Shown here: positions 57,581 through 61,951 of the stretch, one piece after another | Layout of the letters: the number at the start of each line of letters is the position of its first letter | How positions within the stretch are numbered: position 1 is the stretch's first letter | NCBI GenBank assembly: GCA_964626065.1 | Contig: CAZVDE010000005.1 | Location: 1-61,951 of the forward strand | DNA length: 61,951 nucleotides | Reading direction: 5' to 3' | From: an uncultured Clostridiaceae bacterium | GTDB lineage: Bacteria; Bacillota; Limnochordia; Darwinibacteriales; Darwinibacteriaceae | Made by a program: the position numbers and the translations under genes | The notes under the pieces: model-generated | Told to the model about the DNA's origin: nothing | The model's input: the letters and a program-made list of their open reading frames with translations, nothing else | Database searches by the model: none

Positions 57581-58859
57581 CGTCGGCGGGTGGCAGCCGC
57601 AGGGTGAATGAGGTTTCGGTGGGGGTGCTTGTGTAGCTGAGCGTACCGTTTAATTCAGTAGCTATTCTGCTGCAGATTACTAAGCCCCAACCGTGCCTGC
57701 CCTCCTTATTGTCCTTAGTGGTAACCCCCGCTTGAAAGATCTTTCTACCCTGCTCCGCGGTGATGGGCGGCCCGTTATTAGACACCCGCAGGGTTCGCCC
57801 CGTTTCCCGTTCTTCCCACAGCAGTCGTACCCGGGGGCCGGGGGCCTTGAGGGTCGCGGCAAAGGCGTTATCTACCAGATTGGAGATCAACTTGGGCAGG
57901 AGCCGCTGTTCCTCGAAGGCGTGGGGCGGCTCCGCTTTGATCTCAACCGTAAACTCAATGCCGCACATCAGGGCAGTTTGTTTTTTCCCTTCTAAGACCA
58001 TCAGCCAAGCATCTTCGGGCAGGTAAGGGCCCCCGCCTTCTTGTGACAGTGAAGCGGCCGCATAATCAATACAGTGCTGTGCTTTTTCTTTTTCGCCCAT
58101 CTGTAGGTAGGTGGAAATTAAAGCCAGTTGGTTGCGGAATTCGTGGCGTTCTTCCCTCAGTGTTCGCAAAGCGGAAGACTTCACTCGGTGTTTTAGCGCG
58201 TGATAGTCCGCCTTTTTGCGCTGCTGCTCAGTTTGGCGTATCTGCCTTAGCAGGGTGGCAGCAACGATGGCGGCTAAGACTGTTCCCGACACAGCGTAGA
58301 CTGTATTTAACCGCGATGCAGTCCCATTTGTACTTGTCAGATTGAAGATCGCCCTGATATGCAAAAGAATGCTGGCCGCGGCGATGACCCCTATATTGCG
58401 TATGCCCGGTTGAGCCCCGGCCAAAGTGGGGCCTCGAGGCGATAGCACCTGCCGCAGGCCATAATAAGCTGCCATAAGCAGGCTCGGCAAGAAAAATAAA
58501 AACTCCCTTACACTGGCGTCAAGCTCAGTTTCCAGCAGCCAGGAAAGGAGGGGCAGCAGAATTTGATGGGAGGAAAAACCCAAACTAAGGGGCAGGGCAA
58601 CGCTAGCTACCGCATCCGGGAAAATCGGCGCTTTGAAGACTTTTCGGTGCAGTGCTACATGGGCTGAGGTTGTAAGTAAAATCTTGGGTATCAAGACAGG
58701 ACAGGGTTTTGTCATCAAGTGCACCGCGGCCGAGGCTGTCCCATAGATGATCAATTCCTTCAATGCCGTGGGGCGTTCAATTACGGAGCGCGCAACAAAG
58801 GCTTGCATGGCAAAAAGGCAAAGGTAAAGGATAAAAGAAAATGGGGAAGGCCAAGTCAT
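57546..58859 (-). CDS. orphan membrane sensor histidine kinase (SpoOB/DcuS-type H-box, GHKL ATPase)
   Basis: About six N-terminal TM helices; H-box EERHEFRNQLALISTYLQMG; N-box LVDNAF; G-box GWGLVI; no adjacent response regulator. Confidence 0.8.
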   Translation of the reverse strand: MTWPSPFSFILYLCLFAMQAFVARSVIERPTALKELIIYGTASAAVHLMTKPCPVLIPKILLTTSAHVALHRKVFKAPIFPDAVASVALPLSLGFSSHQILLPLLSWLLETELDASVREFLFFLPSLLMAAYYGLRQVLSPRGPTLAGAQPGIRNIGVIAAASILLHIRAIFNLTSTNGTASRLNTVYAVSGTVLAAIVAATLLRQIRQTEQQRKKADYHALKHRVKSSALRTLREERHEFRNQLALISTYLQMGEKEKAQHCIDYAAASLSQEGGGPYLPEDAWLMVLEGKKQTALMCGIEFTVEIKAEPPHAFEEQRLLPKLISNLVDNAFAATLKAPGPRVRLLWEERETGRTLRVSNNGPPITAEQGRKIFQAGVTTKDNKEGRHGWGLVICSRIATELNGTLSYTSTPTETSFTLRLPPADVNGEERACPLP

Positions 58860-58950
58860 ATCCGCCCTCCTTTCATTTCTTCAGAATCTTGGCAATCGTT
58901 GTTTTCGGCACCGGCCGCCCTTTTTCCTTTTTTTGTAAGATAATGTCGAA

Positions 58951-59790
58951 TTAGGAAGAATTTTGCACGAATTCACCGTGCTCGTTCCAGATTACCGCAA
59001 ACCTATCCGCTAAACGGAGAAAACACTTGACCAGATCCGGGTCGAAGTGGCTCCCTTTACCGCTGCGGATAATGGCCACCGCTTCTTCGTGCGTAAACGG
59101 CCTTTTGTAAGGCCGCGGGCTGCGCAGCGAATCATAAACATCGCAGACGGCCGCGATTCTGGCGCTGAGGGGAATTTCCTCCCCTTTTAGGCCCATGGGG
59201 TAGCCGGAACCATCCCATTTTTCGTGATGGTAAAGGGCTATTTCTTTAGCGGTATTGAGATAGGCATCCGTTTCCACATTGGTATCGGTCAGATCTTTGG
59301 TGATGGAATCGAGAACCATGGCACCCGCCAGGGGATGTTTTTTAATTATGTCCCATTCTTCCGCATCCAGGGGCCCGGGTTTATTCAGGATTTTGTCGGG
59401 CACGCCCACTTTGCCAATGTCATGCAGGGCGATGGTTTTAATAATATTTTCCTTTGTTTCCGGCGCCAAATTCAAGTCTGTACCCAATATGTCAGCGTAA
59501 TAACCTAAGCGGTGCAGGTGAGAACCTGTCACATCGTAATCGCGCATCTGGGCCAGATCAACCAGGGCGGAAATGCTCGCCTTCTGCAAAGCAAGTGCGG
59601 CCGCCAGCTCGGAGCGGTGTTGGCGGTTAAGCAAATGGACGAAAAGGCCAACCATAGCGGCCCAAGCCAATAAAATGAGAGCGGGTGCCAGGCCCTGGGT
59701 ATGCCGACAGATCAGCAAGGCGCAGAGAACTGCAAGGGCGGTTAGGGAAAAGATATTAAGATAGGATTTGATTTTCATGATTGCCTTCAC
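58951..59790 (-). CDS. HD-GYP domain c-di-GMP phosphodiesterase-like protein
   Basis: Two TM helices, then HDIGKVGVPD, HHEKWDGSGYP, DVYDSL. Confidence 0.9.
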   Translation of the reverse strand: MKAIMKIKSYLNIFSLTALAVLCALLICRHTQGLAPALILLAWAAMVGLFVHLLNRQHRSELAAALALQKASISALVDLAQMRDYDVTGSHLHRLGYYADILGTDLNLAPETKENIIKTIALHDIGKVGVPDKILNKPGPLDAEEWDIIKKHPLAGAMVLDSITKDLTDTNVETDAYLNTAKEIALYHHEKWDGSGYPMGLKGEEIPLSARIAAVCDVYDSLRSPRPYKRPFTHEEAVAIIRSGKGSHFDPDLVKCFLRLADRFAVIWNEHGEFVQNSS

Positions 59791-59826
59791 CTATTTCTGT
59801 CTATCAGTTCAAACGGGCTTGGACAA

Positions 59827-60996
59827 TTATTTCAGTCTCTTTAAAAGCAATCGGCAGAACTCTTCTTTACGCTCGGGCTCAGGAAAGAAGGCCTGCGCGC
59901 TAAAAGCGCTGCCCCCGCCCCTTCCGCCCAGAGGTAGAGCATACTCTTTGACCAGCCGGCCGCAGTGCAGAGGGCCGCTGAGATTATGGGCTAAAATAAC
60001 GTGGTTTTGCAGTTTGACGATGATGCTGAACGTGCCTAGATTTAACACGGAGCGGGCCAGGAGATGAGCATCCTCAGGGCTGCCCTCGGGCAGCTTTGCA
60101 ACCAGGGGGCAGTGATTTCCCTCGCTGACCAATGATCGGGCGCGCCAATCCATTAACTCACTTTGCAGATCAGCCATCTGTCGTTCCAAATCTCGCTTGT
60201 CGCTGAGCTCCCGCTTACTGCGGGAGAGCAATTCAGAGACGGGCACAGACAATAGCGCGCCCAGTTCGGTGCAGGTTTCGTGCTTGAAACGATAATCTTG
60301 TCGGGCACGCCCCCCGCAGAGAAAGTGGACCCTTGTCATACCTTTATAGTTTTCTGCCCGCAGTAGTTTTAACAGCCCGATCTGTCCTGTGCCGGAGAGG
60401 TGCGTGCCGGAACAGGGCGAATAATCGTAACCGTCAATTTCCACTATACGCAGGTCCCCGGCTAAATCGGGGAGTTTGCGCACGGGTAGTCTTTGCAATT
60501 CAGTTGGGGTTGCGGAGTAAATATCAATTTTTAGGTTTCGGAAAATAAGGTCATTGGCGACGTCTTCCACCCTAATTTGTTCTGCCTCAGGCAGCCGGGC
60601 GGTGGAAATGTCGATACTTGAGTAATCCGCTCCCAAATGAAAACTTTCGGTGTGATAGCCGTACTCAGCAAGAAATACTGCCGATAAAAGGTGCTGGCCC
60701 GTATGCTGCTGCATGTGATCGAGGCGCCTTTTCCAGTCTAGGCGGCATTGGGCCGGCCCGGGTTCTAACGGTGTAGGTAAAACATGGTAGACTAGACCGT
60801 CCCGTTGAAAAACATTCAGTAGGGGCACATCGTTGATCGAGCCTAGGTCGTGCGGCTGCCCTCCGCCGGTGGGGTAAAAAATTGTATCTGCCAAGATGAC
60901 CTCCCAGCCGTCTGCTGTAGGTGTGCACGATCTAATCGTTGTATGCAAATTGTCCAGCCAGGGGTCTGTATTGTATTTGTTAGTAATGGCGTTCAC
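59827..60996 (-). CDS. alaX: alanyl-tRNA editing protein (AlaX-L type: editing domain plus DHHA1)
   Basis: HTGQHLLS and CSGTH zinc/editing motifs; C-terminal GGRGGG (DHHA1). Confidence 0.85.
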   Translation of the reverse strand: MNAITNKYNTDPWLDNLHTTIRSCTPTADGWEVILADTIFYPTGGGQPHDLGSINDVPLLNVFQRDGLVYHVLPTPLEPGPAQCRLDWKRRLDHMQQHTGQHLLSAVFLAEYGYHTESFHLGADYSSIDISTARLPEAEQIRVEDVANDLIFRNLKIDIYSATPTELQRLPVRKLPDLAGDLRIVEIDGYDYSPCSGTHLSGTGQIGLLKLLRAENYKGMTRVHFLCGGRARQDYRFKHETCTELGALLSVPVSELLSRSKRELSDKRDLERQMADLQSELMDWRARSLVSEGNHCPLVAKLPEGSPEDAHLLARSVLNLGTFSIIVKLQNHVILAHNLSGPLHCGRLVKEYALPLGGRGGGSAFSAQAFFPEPERKEEFCRLLLKRLK

Positions 60997-61005
60997 TTCC
61001 TCAAA

Positions 61006-61869
61006 TTAAAGAGTGGGTGTAAGCGTTGTTTTCCGGTAGAGTCCTACCCGCATAAAAACAAAAGGGGCACCGAAACAGGCCCAAAAACCCATTAAGCCAT
61101 AACGCACAATGATGGCTAAATCCGCGGGCAGCCAGTTCAGTATGGGTTTGAGCGCTATGCGCAGCAAAAACAGCACTGCCAGGCCTAGGCTTGACTTGAT
61201 CACGTTTTGCACCGCAGTGGCTTCTTCTCTGAACTGCACATGCCGTGACTCTAAAGTATAACCGAGCACTGCGCCCAAGAGAAACCCGATCGTCATGGGG
61301 CCATCGCCCGCCGGGTGAATAAGGTACAGGATGGCGGCAAACAAAACAGAACCCACAATGATCGCCCGCAAGGAGAAGCTATACCACGTTTTGCCGGCCA
61401 TTTGGCCGTATATAAACAGTAAAACGAGGCCTATGGCCAGGCCCCCCACAATGTCAATGGGCCAATGGACGCCCAAATAGAGGCGGGAAATACTGATCAA
61501 CGCCACCAATACGGCGGAAAACCAATAAGCCCAAGGTTTTTTCAGCTCCAAAGCCAAAAACCCCCAAAAGGCGGTGCTCCCCTGGGCATGCCCGCTGGGA
61601 AAGGAATAACCCTCTTGGGTGACCAAACGGAGTTCTCGCGGGGGCCTCTCGGTGGCAAAGAGATGTTTTACACCGGAGTTGATATATGCGGACAGTGCAA
61701 AAAAAACTGCGAACCGAAACCCGAAATGCTTGTTGATTGTCCAATAAATAATCGGGATCGCCAGCATATAAAACTCTAGGGAGCCCAACGAAGTAATCGC
61801 AGTAAAAAATGCGGTAAGGCCCGGGACAGCGTATTGCTGCAGCCACAGGATCAGGCCGGTGTCAGCCAT
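61006..61869 (-). CDS. PAP2-family phosphatase
   Basis: Acid phosphatase motifs K..(x)..RP, PSGH, SRLYLGVHWPIDI in a polytopic membrane protein. Confidence 0.88.
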   Translation of the reverse strand: MADTGLILWLQQYAVPGLTAFFTAITSLGSLEFYMLAIPIIYWTINKHFGFRFAVFFALSAYINSGVKHLFATERPPRELRLVTQEGYSFPSGHAQGSTAFWGFLALELKKPWAYWFSAVLVALISISRLYLGVHWPIDIVGGLAIGLVLLFIYGQMAGKTWYSFSLRAIIVGSVLFAAILYLIHPAGDGPMTIGFLLGAVLGYTLESRHVQFREEATAVQNVIKSSLGLAVLFLLRIALKPILNWLPADLAIIVRYGLMGFWACFGAPFVFMRVGLYRKTTLTPTL

Positions 61870-61951
61870 GCTAAGACCTCCCTGTTAAATTTGTCAACTA
61901 TATTATTCGCAGTTCGGAGAAATTGTCCTTCTTAAAACGGTGATTAGGCAG

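Overview
This looks like a densely packed core-chromosome segment from an anaerobic, spore-forming Firmicute (class Clostridia by gene content). I recognised no transposase, integrase, CRISPR array or rRNA. Housekeeping genes dominate: folD, a cobalamin-riboswitch-controlled BtuFCD-type importer, htrA, rlmH, rex-lpd-fhs, argS, pyrG, fba, rho, rpmE, dusB, greA-lysS, ackA, guaB, pepF, a dinG-type helicase and one tRNA-Arg(CCG). They are interleaved with sporulation and cell-envelope genes: spoIIP, ytvI, a SleB-like hydrolase, a SpoIID/LytB-domain protein, an M23/LysM peptidase, and CAP-domain, DUF368 and PAP2 proteins. Signalling genes are also present: Rex, Crp/Fnr, an orphan histidine kinase, an HD-GYP protein and a DarA-like c-di-AMP receptor. 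The most interesting material is in small accessory-looking islands. (1) At 35620-35919 an in-frame TGA joins a short CxxU-bearing 5' segment to the annotated 77-aa ORF and completes a thioredoxin fold, making it a candidate selenoprotein. It closes a terminator-bounded divergent module (33488-35962) that also holds a Cys/Pro-rich orphan and a repeat-blade/acidic-repeat/coiled-coil protein. (2) A 726-aa actin-like (FtsA/PilM/EutJ-type) ATPase is fused to six small beta-grasp-like repeats. (3) A secreted stand-alone C39-like cysteine peptidase is translationally coupled to a beta-strand-rich protein ending in Phe. (4) Two sub-60-aa ORFs are missing from the ORF track: a CxxH/CxxC protein upstream of rlmH, and a Trp/Tyr-rich peptide upstream of a CPBP protease. 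All functional calls come from reading motifs in the translations; no database search was possible.
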